A stretch of 61,836 nucleotides of DNA, counting the filler, from Circinaria calcarea (taxonomy: Eukaryota), in NCBI GenBank assembly GCA_051942165.1. It is 7 parts of 7 records of this genome, joined end to end, with 100 filler letters (N's around TTAATTAATTAA, not from the genome) between each part and the next. Parts side by side here need not be neighbours in the genome. Positions count along the whole stretch, not along the records: positions 35,428 to 44,166 come from JAVECS010001056.1; positions 44,267 to 53,003 come from JAVECS010001057.1; 5 more parts are not named here. One strand, given 5' to 3'. The position numbers and the translations under genes are program-made. Below are positions 36,787-49,659 of this stretch, one piece after another. The notes beneath the pieces were generated by a model. It worked only from the letters and a program-made list of their open reading frames with translations. It was not told where the DNA came from and searched no databases. Each line of letters starts with the position of its first letter. Position 1 is the first letter of the stretch.

Positions 36787-37272
36787 TGCACCACGGGTTG
36801 GATTAAACCCAGTGGGTTCGGGTTAGGTTCGCGTTGGGTTTAGTAAGGCATAACCCAACCCGTTTGAATGGTTTAATCCAGTGGGCAATCTTATTTAATG
36901 ACTACTATAATGATAGTATATGCATGCTATGTGTGCATGCTGCTGTTATGCAAGCCGCCCGCTATTCCGCCCGCTATTCCGCTATGCTGTATAATATGGG
37001 CTATGCTATGCTCTATAGTATGCGCCATAATATGCTGCATACTCTGGGTATATTAACAGCATACATAGCAGGGCAGTGTCGCAAGCAGCGTAGCGAAGCA
37101 GCAGCATGCATGACAGCAACAGTATACATGGCGGCAGCATGCATAATAGCGCTGTGCAGCGCAGCGTAGCATAACACGCAGCAATCGCATAATATTTAGA
37201 GCAGCTATTTATAGTAGTCAATAATGGGTTTAAACGGGTTTCAACCCAAACCCAACCCAAACCCCTGGTGTA
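36787..37272. mobile_element. Degenerate non-autonomous element with GGGTT/AACCC-rich ends
   Basis: TGCACCACGGGTT at 36787 versus AACCCCTGGTGTA ending at 37272 (11/13 inverted match); GGGTT motifs on the left, AACCC motifs on the right; low-complexity interior; no TSD found. Confidence 0.45.
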
Positions 37273-38564
37273 GCTTTAGGGGAACGGAAAAGAGAAAAAG
37301 ATTTTTAAAGGGATGAAAGATGGAAGGGTGTGGGAAAGGCGGGGAGTGGAGAGGAAAAGGAAAGGAATTGTTTTCCCAGAGCCGGGAATGACGTACGCTT
37401 GGGAGGTGGTGATGGTCGGTTTTTTCCCTAAGAAAAGGTTTAACGAGGGATGGACTCAAGGGAGGGGGAAAAGAATGAGGTTGTATGCCTCAGGAATCTG
37501 AAAGGCTCGAGTATGCGGTTATGATGAGGGGAGTTTGAGCAGAAAGAGACTGAAGAGAGAGTCTGGATGCCTTTGAGTGTGTAATGGTCCAATGTTTGAT
37601 TTAGTGAGAATGAGAGGAGGGTCTTTTCGCAAAGGGAATGTCTCGTAGTGTATTGGGTTCGATAGGCTGACCCTGGATAGATCCAATTTTGGTGGAGGTC
37701 TGGTTGGTAGTTGGGTGTAAGGGGGTCAAGCAGGCAGCTAGGTAGTAGGCCCGCTTATATAAAAGTTATTGGGGGCTGCGGATTGAGTCATGGGGGCTGA
37801 GGTATAGTGTTGCCCCGATTGGATGAAAACAAATATATTATCTTGTGGGGAAAATGATATGGTGGAAGAGGGAGGTCGCTATGTATTGTCATAATTGGAA
37901 AAGAGATGATGACCCACTACTACCGCTAGAAGATATTACTCACAGAAGAAACCGTCCAGGTAGGAAAGCATGCTTGCAGAGAATATATGAAAAAGACAGA
38001 GCGGTGAAAGATTCTCGTTTCGATTTTCAGCCTCTCACTTTCCCCGACTCCAAAACTCCCTTGTGGAAATAGGGTGAAATGGGCAAGAGTTATATGTTCT
38101 ACCATCCTGCTTCCCAATGCAGAAGTTTGTGCTCCATTGAATCTATCTCGTAGAAAGTAGAATGACCGGTTCCGTGTTCCTCCATCCAGCTGAAAGCTGT
38201 TTAACGAAATCAGTCTGCTTCAGAGGAGGAGAGCCCTGTAAATGTAGAGATCATGACTGACGAAGTAGGTCTGAGGGGCGAATTGGGTATGTTCATCATT
38301 GAGATTTAAGTCGGCTAGGTTTTGTAGAATTGGGGTCCTTGGTGGAGAAGTGGGGTAAGACTCAGGGGTAGTTGACTGGAGGTAATGTGAGCATTTGGGG
38401 ATCGTCTGGTTAGATATGGTAAAAGGCTTACAAAACCAGTAAGCTCAACTGCATTTAAATAGAACCAATTTATTTCCTAGATTTACCCTTGTGCTCATGC
38501 CTTATTCGGTTGTCTCAATGTATCCAGCCTAACGGCATCTGAGAGAGTGTTTCTCAGTTTGGAA

Positions 38565-41500
38565 TCAATAACTTACAATGAACTCATGGTCTTTTGGGTG
38601 AATGATATCCTTGTCCAAAATACACCGGAAGCAAAAATCAAAATCAAAGCAGTTTGCGCACTTATATCGGCATTCGGGATAGTGGTCACCTTGCTCCTAT
38701 CTCAGTAGATTAGCCCTGTCAACGAAGGTCAGTCAAAGGTGTCCAAACATCTCCGCATGCATCGCACTCAAACATCGATGGCCTAATCATATTCCCATCG
38801 TTCTTCTCCGGCAGGTCCTGGCATGCTTGCCCTTCGCTTTGCAAGATGGCAGCTTCCTCTTCCTTTTGAAATAACAATGCAAGGTCCAACGCCGTCCGCC
38901 CCTGCTGATCTTTCAAGTCCTTGTTGATTCCAGCTTTAAGTAAAGTCTTAATGACTTTGGCTGATCCATGCCCGCTTGCCGACGCCCAGTGAAGCGGCGA
39001 CCAACCGTTGGAATCGATAGCACTGACGCTTGCGCCACACTTCAAGTTTCTCTCCACAATATCATTACGAGACGTATGAGCTGCGTAATGAAGGCCATTG
39101 CACCCACGCTTATCTAAACGCAGAGGATCAGCACCCAGTTCGAGCAAGTAATCGAAAATGTCCAAGTTAGAAGAGATTAGTGCATGATATAGAGGGCCTT
39201 GGCCAATCATGTCGAATACATTGATCTTGGCTCCTTTCTCAATTAGTAACTTTGCAATGTCCAGCTCACCGCGTCTGCATGCCAAAGACAAAGGAGATCC
39301 ATGACGCCAGTGGACTATGTTGACATCAGCTCCCTGATCTATAAGCAGTTCGACTAATCTTCGTGAAGCCCGACCAGTAGCAGAGTGTAAAGCCGTGCAG
39401 TGATACCTTGTTTGGTTTATCGAGTCTCTGTGAATCAGAACGTTAGGGTTTGCTCCTGCTTTAAGCAATATTTCTACCACTTCCTCCTCCTCATAGTGAC
39501 AAGCAGCATGTAGAGCACATGTATACTTGCCCCCAATGTGGTTGACATCGCTACCAGCAGCTATGAGCTTCTTCACGATCTCCGGGAAGCCGCAGAGGGA
39601 TGCTGCTTGTAAGGGGTCTTCATAAGCGCCTCCATATACATCCACCCTGGCTCCCTTGTCAAGCAGCCATTCCACAATATTCTCGCGACCCCAAGCGCTG
39701 GCAGCTTGTAATGCGGTGCAGTGCTTACCACCTTCCATGTTGACATCTGCTCCCGCGTCTAGAATAACTCTTAGAGTCTCTGGAGAGCCGTAAGCTGCCG
39801 CGATATAGACCAAACTTTCACTGGCCATGTAATCATAGTCAGCGTCTTCGCTGCTGTCGGTATCTTCGCTGCTGTCGGTATCTTCGCTGCTGTCGATATC
39901 TTCGCTGCTGTCGATATCTTCGCTGCTGTCGATATCTTTACTGCCGTTGATACCTTCGCTGTCATCGAGACCTTTACTAGAGCCGTCTACTGCACCTTGC
40001 GTACAGCCTGCCTCTGCGCCTTGTTCAGTGTCCCCTAACTCTCCTAGACTTTCAGTCGTATTTTCGGTTACTTCATTGCCGATCTCCCTCGCTGCCTCCT
40101 CTCTCGGCCAGAAAGGAACCCGTCGACAATTAATATCAACCCCATGCCAGTCTAGTAACGTTTTCACAATTTCTTTCTCATTCGTCTCTACCGCCGCTGC
40201 AAGCGGACAACCCCACCACCGAGTTCCCGACAGGTTTACATCTGCACCCTTTTCTAGTAGTAGGGAAACAACCTCTCTTCGTCCAAGTGCTGATGCGGAA
40301 ACGAGAGGGGTTCCATATCCACTTCCATAGGTTTGATTTATGTTTGCACCTTCATCGATGAGTTGATTGACGATGTCAGGCAGACCTAGTAAAGCAGCGT
40401 AGTAAATTGGAGACTTAACATCTGAAGGTTCTTTATTGAAGTCGGCAGGGTCAGTGTCGTCGTCGGGATCGCAGAGTCGAATCCAGTTGAGCATGGCGTC
40501 CGGTGACCGAAATAGATCCATCACCATTCTGTTCAGACGAGTCATGTCCACTTTCTCCTGATCATTTGCGATGATCTCTCGATAATGATCGTCCCAAAAT
40601 TCGGCGGAGAAACGTGCAAGCGGATAACTAGTCACATTATCATGATTTATTTCAATATTGTTATCGGTGAAATAGCGTAGGTAGGTTAGGCATGTCTCCG
40701 CCATCTCAAGATTAACGGCCGATCTTTTGAAGCGGACCGCTGGCTCGGAACCTATCCTAAGATTCTGGGACTTGAGATAATCTGAGACTGTACCATGAGC
40801 GGTTGTAAGGGTTTGAACCTCACCGACAACTCCCAGGCTATCGCGGCCCTGGAGATTGAAGTCTTTTCGAACAAGGCTCCCACAGACTTCAAGGATATCT
40901 TCTGGATCGTACATCCTATTGTCAAGATCAAAGACGGGGGGTTCTTGATCCAGATCGACTGCGATCATATCAACAGCTTCTTCGATTCGTAGTCTAGATC
41001 GACCATAAGCTGGCAGCATTTGGGTGGGAGCTAGGGTTTGGGAAAGTTGTCTTACTTGCGTTGTGGGAAGGTCAACCACTTCAGTAATTGTAGTGCATCT
41101 TGGGAGGAGTTCTCCGCAATATTTTCCAACTCCCTCGTGTACTGCTCGTGGACATCTTTTGGAAGAGTTGTCAGAGTTCTGTTGAGGTCTGCCGGTTTCT
41201 TACATTTACGAATAGCCTGGAGTTGACAGTCGACCCAGCGAAACATGCCCGCGGCCTTTTCCACGAGACTATCTTTGATCTTCTGACGTTCTCTCTCGGG
41301 CCAACCTTTGAGAACCCGGTCGTTCTCAAGGCGCTCGGTGATATGGGCTAGGATGTCTTGATCAACGCACTCACGTTCTATAGCAATGTTATAGAATCGC
41401 GTCAATGCTTTCAACCCCTTTTCAATACCAGTGGTATTAGTTCGACTTGTCACGAGGATGTGAATCTTAACGTTCTCTAATGATAGAATGTGCCGGAGCA

Positions 41501-42611
41501 TTTCTATAAGTTCATCTCGCTCAGATTCGCCTGACTCGTCCAGTGCATCAAGTATAATATAGCAAGTTTGATGGGCTTTTTCCATTAGCATTTTTTGCAA
41601 TGTTTGTGTGAGATCTTGTGTTTTGGGTGTCTCCGCTCCTCTTTTCTTGGCTTTCCAAAACTCGACAAGAGTTGGAGGCGCCGCTGCAGGGGGGATGAGT
41701 TGATTTATCAATGCCCGGACAAGGTTATCCAGCGTAGTTCGTTTCTTGTCGTTAGCATAAAAGTACCAATATGCAATGTCAATCTGTTTATCTCCACTTT
41801 GAAGAGTACGAAGTTCTTCGATAATGGCTGAACACAATATAGTCTTTCCACATCCTGAATCTCCATGAAGCCAAAGAAAGGAACCTGGAGTATCCTTGAA
41901 TTCTTGAAATGTATCCCCATCGAGAAACCACCGACCTGTGTTGGCCCTCTCGTTCCTAGCATCGCAGGCAATGTTATGGTTCTCTGCTTTGTCGGGATGT
42001 GCAAGCCACTTGATTATGTCTTCCGTCTCTTCCTCGAGCTTGCGTTGCTCACCTTCCTGTTTCCTTTTGCTCTCGGCAGTAACTTGGGCACTCTCCATAC
42101 GCTTTGCGGTGGAAATCAATTCTTTTGTATTGGTGTCTATCACCCGTATCATTTCGATGCCATCCATGTTATATGCCCTGTCAATAGCCGCTGCGACATT
42201 TCGCAATCTCCCACAAGCCTTGTTAACCTCTTCTTCTTTCAAAGGCCAGGAAAGCTTGTGTATAACAGCTTTGATCGCTTCTCTTTTGCCTTCTCCAACT
42301 ATGCCCTTCTCCAGCTTTTTCTGTAAATCTTCCAAGTCACTCTTACACACTCGTAAATGCGCAGAATCTCCCTCCATGATTTCCCTTAAATTCTTCAGTC
42401 GATCTGCCCCCCCTTTGATCCCTTCTTCATTCACCAGCATGCCCCTTAGATTCTGCAGTGACCTTTGAAATTTGGTTATCTCATCCAGAACAAAATCGCT
42501 CTCTCTGTTGGCATGCTTTACGCCCTGGGCATAGTGGAAGCATATCTTTCCAACCTCTGATGCTAGTTGATATAGAGCAATGACACTCGCTATTGCCGAC
42601 ACAGGATCCAT
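38565..42611 (-). CDS. Fungal NLR: HeLo-like N-terminus, NACHT, ankyrin repeats, C-terminal ZZ zinc finger
   Basis: MDPVSAIASVIALYQL N-terminus, Walker A GDSGCGKT, Walker B IILDALDE, AAGMFRWVDCQL, many ankyrin repeats (TPLVSAS, TALQAAS, SPLHWAS). Introns at about 40995-41055 and 38697-38748. Last exon EQGDHYPECRYKCANCFDFDFCFRC..H..DHEF; the final codons may splice further. Confidence 0.9.
39845..39970 (-). repeat. Coding 18-nt minisatellite (D[I/T]DSSE)n inside the NLR ankyrin region
   Basis: Five near-perfect tcttcgctgctgtcg(g/a)ta units at 39845-39934 plus two degenerate units. Confidence 0.9.
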
Positions 42612-43454
42612 TGTAAATGTAGTATTGCGGGAGATAAAGATAGATCGTGTGAGCAGAGGAGGGTTAACTAGACACGATGCCGAAAAACTTCACTCGGCCA
42701 CGGAGATCCTTTCTTTTTCATAAGTGCACAGATGATTTGCAGGGCGGCCACTGGCGCGATAACCAGTGCGTGCTAGATCATGAGAAAGTGGCGGGAAAAT
42801 GCTTAGGGAAGCAAGGGAAGGACAGCGAGAAAACAAATAGCATAAAACAGAAGGAAAAAGTCAGCAATAGCAGGGTGGCAAGGCTGATGAAATGGACCCC
42901 ACATCTGTGATCGATAAGGCTGAGGTGCTGCTACCACTGGCACACGGCGCCTGCCGGTCAGAACTATGCATGGGACGGCCCAATGATGAATTGCGGCTGC
43001 ATCCTTCGAACATGATTCGATGCAGATTCTGACCCATGAAGTATATTGGAAGCGTCTGGTTTCAAATGAATGATAGGTAGATGCATATCAAAGGTAGTGA
43101 AAGCCAATCAAGGGTTTTCATTCGATGGGAGTCGCCGTGTACCATACATCTAGTCCTGACGCGTATCTCCTGGTACCATACGTATCCGGAAGATCCAGTC
43201 AAAAGGACTTCGGATCTTCAACAAGCAAGCATTACTAAGAAAAATGAGAAGAAAATGCCTCTGCATGAGTTTCTCGTTTCTCAAGTAGGAAACAATCTGT
43301 GTGGCCAAAAGTAAGTCAGCCTAAGTGTACCTTAAGTGCTTCGGAAGCTGTAGGTGTACATCTCAGTCTGCTCGTGTAATTTCTAGCCGGCATTTTTATG
43401 CCTTTTGTTTAAGAATTTATAATATACAATAAGAATTCTTCTTTCTCAGTTACC

Positions 43455-43546
43455 GGGGTATTGGCGCAATGGTAGCGCGTGGCTCTCCTAATCTTTAAAG
43501 TAGAAATTTCAAGCCAAGGTTGAGGGTTCGAGTCCCTTGTACCTCG
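43455..43546 (+). tRNA. tRNA-Arg(CCU) with a 20-nt intron (43491-43510)
   Basis: Acceptor GGGGTAT/GTACCTC, D-arm GCGC-AATGGTA-GCGC, anticodon stem TGGCT/AGCCA with CT-CCT-A, T-arm GAGGG-TTCGAGT-CCCTT, followed by a TTTTT Pol III terminator. Confidence 0.92.
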
Positions 43547-44166
43547 TTTTTGCCAGTTATTATGTACTCTCCACATTGTTTTTTTAAACCTATCATATTA
43601 TCAAAAGGTCCATCCTTTGCTCTCCTATTCGTTTTTCGTCGGAAATCTTGCTATTTACCTGCCCCACGGGCGGGTAAGCCGTCAACTACTGATAAATCCA
43701 ACCCACGCTCACAACTGCGCCCCACAAGCCCCCTTGGACTCTCCCAAAAAGCCCTTTCCCTCCTCACCCCCAAACAAACAAACAAACAAACCACTAAACC
43801 CACATCCCCTTTTCTGCATACATCGCTATGACACTTCCTCCTCAACCCCCCGATTAATCACCACCAACAAACAGCCATCCTCCCCACATGAGTACTAGTA
43901 CCGACCAACCCCATAACGCAAACTCTACAAGCTCTAGTATCCCCCAACACCAAAGGTAATCAATCACGCACAATGCAAACCTCCAAGTTAGGTATTCTAT
44001 TCCAATTTCCTCTTCGTTTCAAACAAAGCAACTAATCTGAAAGAACCACCTCAAGGGAAGGGGTACGTTGTTACGCGGGGGCGGACGTCAGCCAGACCCG
44101 CTAGCGGAGGGTTGGTAGCTACCGGGGGTGGGGGTTTAGGGACGGGAGTGGGAGTGGGAGTGGGAG

Positions 44167-44266
44167 NNNNNNNNNNNNNNNNNNNNNNNNNNNNNNNNNN
44201 NNNNNNNNNNTTAATTAATTAANNNNNNNNNNNNNNNNNNNNNNNNNNNNNNNNNNNNNNNNNNNN
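44167..44266. other. Artificial contig spacer
   Basis: N44-TTAATTAATTAA-N44. Confidence 0.98.
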
Positions 44267-44852
44267 GGGTTTGGAGGAATGGGTGGTGGGTACGGTGGAT
44301 GAAGGGCCGGGTTTGGTGGTGGGGTTTCGAGGCTTTCGGGGAGGCGAGCGTGTGCGGGTGCGGGTGCGGGTGCTAGAGCTTATGCCATTACGAGCTGGTG
44401 AGCGGGAGCGGGTTCTGTGCCGGTCGTGGCGGGAAGGTGGTTTGGGGTCGTCTGTAGATATCATGTCAGCTTAGGTGCGGGTGGCTTGCTACGCTGAGAT
44501 GAAACATACCCCTTCGCGACCGATGCCTTTCTTTACTCGTGCTCCGCTCCCTATCCCTCCTACCTCGTCCACCCCGTTCTCGATCCCCATTCCTATGCCT
44601 CCCACTCTCCTTTTCGACTGAGCGGCTTCGGTCGCGGCGCTTTTCGAGGCGATCTCTGGACCTTGATCTATGTCGGCGGTCATCACGTCCGTGAGGCTTC
44701 TCTTTGTCTGCCCGTCTCTCGCGGCCACTTGAAGCGTCCTTGTTGTCTCGATGATGCGAGTCTCGCTCGGAGGTTTTGGAAGGTCGATCATTCCGATCCC
44801 ACATGGCTGAGCTATCAGTGCGCTTTGCGCGCTTGGCAGGTGGTTCGTCCAT
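44267..44852 (-). CDS. SNRNP27: RS-rich protein, likely U4/U6.U5 tri-snRNP 27K homologue, 3'-truncated
   Basis: N-terminus MDEPPAKRAKRTDSSAMWD followed by RSRS/RDR-rich sequence; intron at about 44452-44509; the diagnostic C-terminal domain is outside the contig. Confidence 0.65.
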
Positions 44853-45765
44853 ACTGAAGGACCAAGGAGTATTGAATAAGGGATGTGCCCTATTGATCAC
44901 AAGCAGGGCTGCTGGAAATCTATATCCAACGCAGTGTCGTTACTCTTTCCAGGTAGGATAGCAGAATTGACCCAATTGCGGTTCAACTAAGCGAGCTTTG
45001 TGTGGGTATGGGCTTCATCTGTAGAGCTTCTGAAGACGATAGTGAGTTTGCAAGCAGAAAGAAGTGAACTTGGGAGATACAATTTGATAGAGCTAAGCGC
45101 CTGTTTTCTACGGTTAATTACTCCGTATTTGAACATTTCTATGCAAAACCCTAAAAGAACATTGGCTTTTCTGGGGGATATTCAGGTGTATTCGGCATAC
45201 AGATTAAACGTTAGCATATTTCTATTGCAATAATTGTAAAAGCCCTAGAGTACAGTTCTGATTGATATGGAAAGCTGGAATATACACCGGAGGATCCCTC
45301 AGTGTGATGTTTTTGTTGAGTATACAGGGTTATTCGAAAACTGTGCTACCATTGATTATACATGCAACCACAGTACGGTCCCTTTTAGCAAGTCAAAATC
45401 TCGTTTTAACAAATGCTTCGAGGCGTTAGAAAACAAAAGAATACATACAACAGCTGGTATTCGCTGGTGGTCACCACTAATCAGCCGCTTTTAAGGTTAT
45501 ATATGGCAGAGCAGACGGGATGTCCACTTCTCTTGACTCTACAGTCGTATAAAGAGGAACGATGTCCAGATTGATTATATATAATACCACCAACGCTGCA
45601 CAAGATGTAGAGAGTAACGCACGGAAAAGGAATCAAGGTTCGAAGTTATCTTACACCTCTTCCACTCCCGGAAAGGATTGCCTTGGGCATTCTATATGGT
45701 CCGACTTCAAGCTTGAAAGTCGATGCATTGGTCATGAGTAGACTCTACCCATACCCGTGATGTAT

Positions 45766-46860
45766 TCAGATCTCGTCCTCCTCCTCATCAAAATCATCCT
45801 CCACACCCATGTCGTATAAAATCCTTCCCCCTCCTCCCCCACCATCTTTTTGCGCGTCAAAATAAGGCAGAACCACATTCTCCCGGTCTCTCCTCTGCTT
45901 CTCTGTTAGACCCAAACTAAACGTGGAGTCTTCATCCCCAACTTCTCCACTCGGGTCACTCCCAGCTACCTGTGGTCGGTACAATGGATGGTCCTCCAGC
46001 AGCATGATCTTCTCCCTTGTTCGATCGGCTGGAGATGGTTGACATTTTGAAGCAGGTAGAAAGAACCATTCCTCAATCTCCCTTCCGCTCTTCCGTCTGT
46101 GCTCCATCTCTAGCACCAATCCTCGCGGATCATTGGCTCCTAGGCCTACCAAGACGCCCTCCGTTTCCTCTGCAAGGCCAAAGACGGGTTCTGCCAGACT
46201 TCTGTCTGCTGCTCGCTTCCGGGCCAAGACTTGGGAAAGGGAGTGCACGGTGAAAATGGTGGTGGCGAGGTATTTGAGGAGTGTAAGCGGAGAGGGATGG
46301 TAAGGAGAAGCGGTGTGTGGGGATAAGGGGATATCGAGGTGATATATTGCAAGAAGAGAAACCGTAGGAGTAATCAGAGATGAGAGAAAGGTGGCAAGGT
46401 TCATGGAAGGTTTGGATGCTAGGGGATGGAGGGTATCAATGATAAGTAGGTTTTCTGTCACAGAGCATAAGTATCTAGTGCACAAAACGGATAACATAAG
46501 AGGCGGGTACTGGAATTCTTTAGACATGAAGCTGAGATCTCTTTTTGTAGAACCGCACTGTCTTTCCGGCGTGCATTGACTACAGTAGTCACACCGTCTT
46601 GCGGCCTTGGTGTCTCAAACGAAACATAGACAATACCGATCTTTGTAGTCTACCACGTATTAGCAACCAACTTATGGCATATCTCAAAGGTAGACACATA
46701 CCTTTGCCCGCTGTACATATTCTCTTACTAATGGTCTACCGGACTGCTCCAATGAGTCTAGAACAAGTGTAAACGGCGAGGAGCCCTCACGTAAGGTAAG
46801 GAAACGCTGTAAGAGTAATAGATTGTGCGTTCGACGATGTTGAAGAGCGCGGTCAGTCAT
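45766..46860 (-). CDS. ELP5: Elongator complex subunit 5, multi-exon
   Basis: Exon 1 MTDRALQHRRTHNLLLL..SPFTLVLDSLEQ; C-terminus EMEHRRKSGR..TFSLGLTEKQRRDRENVVLPYFDAQ..RILYDMGVEDDFDEEEDEI. Confidence 0.9.
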
Positions 46861-48154
46861 GACGCAAAGTTGAAAGATGGCAGTTCATCGAGTTGGCTAC
46901 CTTTTGAGACCTTTAATGAGAGACAGACAGACGTTTAGATTTCTCTCTACACGAACAGAGGTGGAGATGAGAATGATCAATCTGTGGGTTGTTTATCTAG
47001 GAGAAAGTACGTCCCCATGATTGTATACTGAGGGAGCTACTCTTAGCGAACCTGAACTTCATAGATAAGAGAAAGCTATGAACTTTGGCAGGACAGGCTC
47101 GACGTTTACATAGTTCCAATAGGGATGATGAAAATCTCTGTACGTGATATATTCATGCTTCTTGCTATTCAGTGGCGTTGTTGAAGTTGATTATCAGAAC
47201 CCAAGTAGTCAAGTCAATCCTTCTACATCCAATAGCTAAATGCTTATTGAGCAATGTATGTCCTACGCGATATAAACCCCCTATTCCGACTGTCTTCAAT
47301 GAACATTCATCCACCATGACCTCCAAGCAATGTTGTCAGGCTCAAGAGAAGTATACAATAGAAGCCATCAAGCTCGACTATCATGGATAACATGCCCCAT
47401 TTCTCATTGATGAACTGGATTGGCCAGTTACTTTTCTCTTCCACCTTGATACTCCTATAGAAAAGTTCCTGTAGACCTAGAAAGAATTGATCAGCATTTA
47501 TTACTGTACTAGGACAACTGAGCTCACCACAGCTCGCTTTTTGAAGGGACCACAATCCATATCTTCACACCAAGTGACCAAGCCTGGCAACACTCTCTCT
47601 GCACCCACGCTTCGGATGTTCTGACTCGTTTCAGGATTCTCCTTAAGCCTATGACGCTGGATACGCATCAACTTAGTTCCAAGCTTGTTTTTTGCATCCG
47701 ACGTTTGCTTGATCTATCGCTCTTTGCTAGGCTGATAAAGGAGGTAGTCTTCCGTACTTTACTCCAAGGCTGCCTCTCTCTTCGCCAAGCTGTCACGTAT
47801 TCTCTACGCTTCCTGCGATCAAGACCTCTGGAAGCTGGAGCTGCAACATTTGTGTGCCTGAAGTAATTTCTAGCAGTGATCGGCAAGTAGCCATTCCCGT
47901 TCAGCCTTGGCAACTTATTCTCGGTTGTTTAATTGTCTGGAGTGAGTTCGAAAGTATTACGAGTAGATGTTCCTTCCATTAGCGATTTTAGGAATTTGGA
48001 GATGTAGACTCGCATAACCGCGATTCTCTTGCGAATACTTTAGCAATGGTAAGGTGTCGAGAGCAAGAAGCATACTATTTCAAATCATAGGTACTGATCC
48101 AATTTTCTCCAGTCACCCTTTTGCTTTCTTTGGCGTCCCAGGTCACTCCTTTAC

Positions 48155-49659
48155 CTAGTCCGGAAAGAGGTCAATAGATGACGAATCAAAGACGCATTGT
48201 GCAGTACGGTCCTCGCTACCGAATGTTTGCCCTATATTCGATGCGGTTAGAGGGGTTTGCACCGGATCATTGCAGAACATCGCTAGCAAATGATCTACGG
48301 TATCTCTCATCATATCTTGACTAATTGCTAGCACCGCCATCTGATGACGAAACACAAAAGAGGCAGCTTTGTAGGTCTGGTGGTATATAAGCTTGTACTC
48401 ATGTTCGTCTCCGGAAGGCTGATCCTGAACTAGAGCCATTGCAGAAGAAGTGAGGCTTTCTGATGCTGCTCTTGAATGGCTGGCTTTCCGCCGGGGTTCG
48501 AGGCCGAACAATCGCATACCGGCCATGATCACTCTGGTCAGTGCGGCCTTGTTCTGCTGCTCCATCCGATTCGTCTCTGACGCAGGTGAGCTGCTGTCTA
48601 GGGCGGCTAGACTTGCAACACGATGTAGTGATGACGGCTTCCTTGCAGCCACGACGCCAGCACGATTACCAGGCCCGATAGCGTCCAGGTCGTGCATGGA
48701 ACCTAGACTTTGAGAGCGTGACAGTTGATGTGGTCTCTCCGGAGGCTCCATACGAACAGGTGGAAACCCAGCAAGCTCTTTATCAATCAAGCTGGTTCCA
48801 AAAATCCTCTCTTGGAGTACCGAAGACGCAACATCTGCAGTAGCCATGGCCTTTGCCACACTCTCCCCACCGCGTCTTCTGGCTTTTTTATTCTGACGTG
48901 ATGCATCGTCAAACAGAGATTCTAATCGTTGCCGTTTTTGAACAAAGGGCTGTTGGTTAGAGTTAATCTCTGGTGACGGTGCCACAAATTGGGCATAACC
49001 AGAAGGCGTCTCGCTTAGAGATGAGATCTTCTTCTGACTAGCTGCATAAAAAAGATCCGACGATACGAGTCGTGCAACTATTCTGGCAGTCTGCACCTCT
49101 CCAGTCACGGAAGACGAGTGGGGCTCCCAGTCTCCGTTAGGGGACGACGACCTTGGCGGAGTAGGAGGTGCATTCCGCGTATAGAACGGTAGCTCAGGCA
49201 GCGCAGCGTAAAGAAGTACCTCTCTTATCTTATATCCAAATCCCGAAATCTTTATTTCTCCATCAACCTTGAGCAGTATCCCCAGGTTGGATTGCCCACA
49301 GCTTCGAGACCACCATGGGGCGCCATCTCCGCCACTGTCTCCGTTATCATCTCTGTCTTCGCAAATATCTCTCAGCAAGCAATCGCTTAGCCAAGCTTCT
49401 GTAGATGCCGCTCCCGAGTAGACATTTAGTAGCGGTCCCACGAAAGCATGGAGAGGTATGCTCGCAATTTCCACGAAGGAAAGGAAGCTGAAGGAGACAG
49501 CAGAATCGAACGAGATACGGGACGATGGATGCTGGTCATAGAAGTGCAAATCTATGCGCAAGTCAGCAATAGATGTGACTGAGTCGCGCAGGGCTCACCA
49601 TGAAGTCCGTCTTGGGGACCTTCTTCTCCAATGCCGATATTACCTGTCCAGAGCTTCAT
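48155..49659 (-). CDS. SLD7: Sld7-like DNA replication factor (Sld7 C-terminal domain), 2 exons
   Basis: EQQNKAALTRVIMAGMRLFGL..EYKLIYHQTYKAASFVFR..VDHLLAMFC; short first exon MKLWTGNI.. and intron GTGAGC..CTGAC..TAG. Confidence 0.7.

Noticed and set aside
36795..37265. GGGTT(A) motifs as a telomere
   Set aside because: No tandem TTAGGG array; the motifs are internal and occur in both orientations
39845..39970. Regular repeat array as a possible CRISPR
   Set aside because: Contiguous in-frame coding units with no spacers, in a eukaryotic gene
43888..44166. Possible first exons of a gene (MSTSTDQPHNAN..) at the contig end
   Set aside because: Too short and low-complexity to support, although intron-like signals are present
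47610..47930. Coiled-coil-like minus-strand frame (VAKAEREWLL..RIRDSLAKREAALE) as a decayed gene
   Set aside because: About six stops per 100 codons is near random expectation and no family is recognisable
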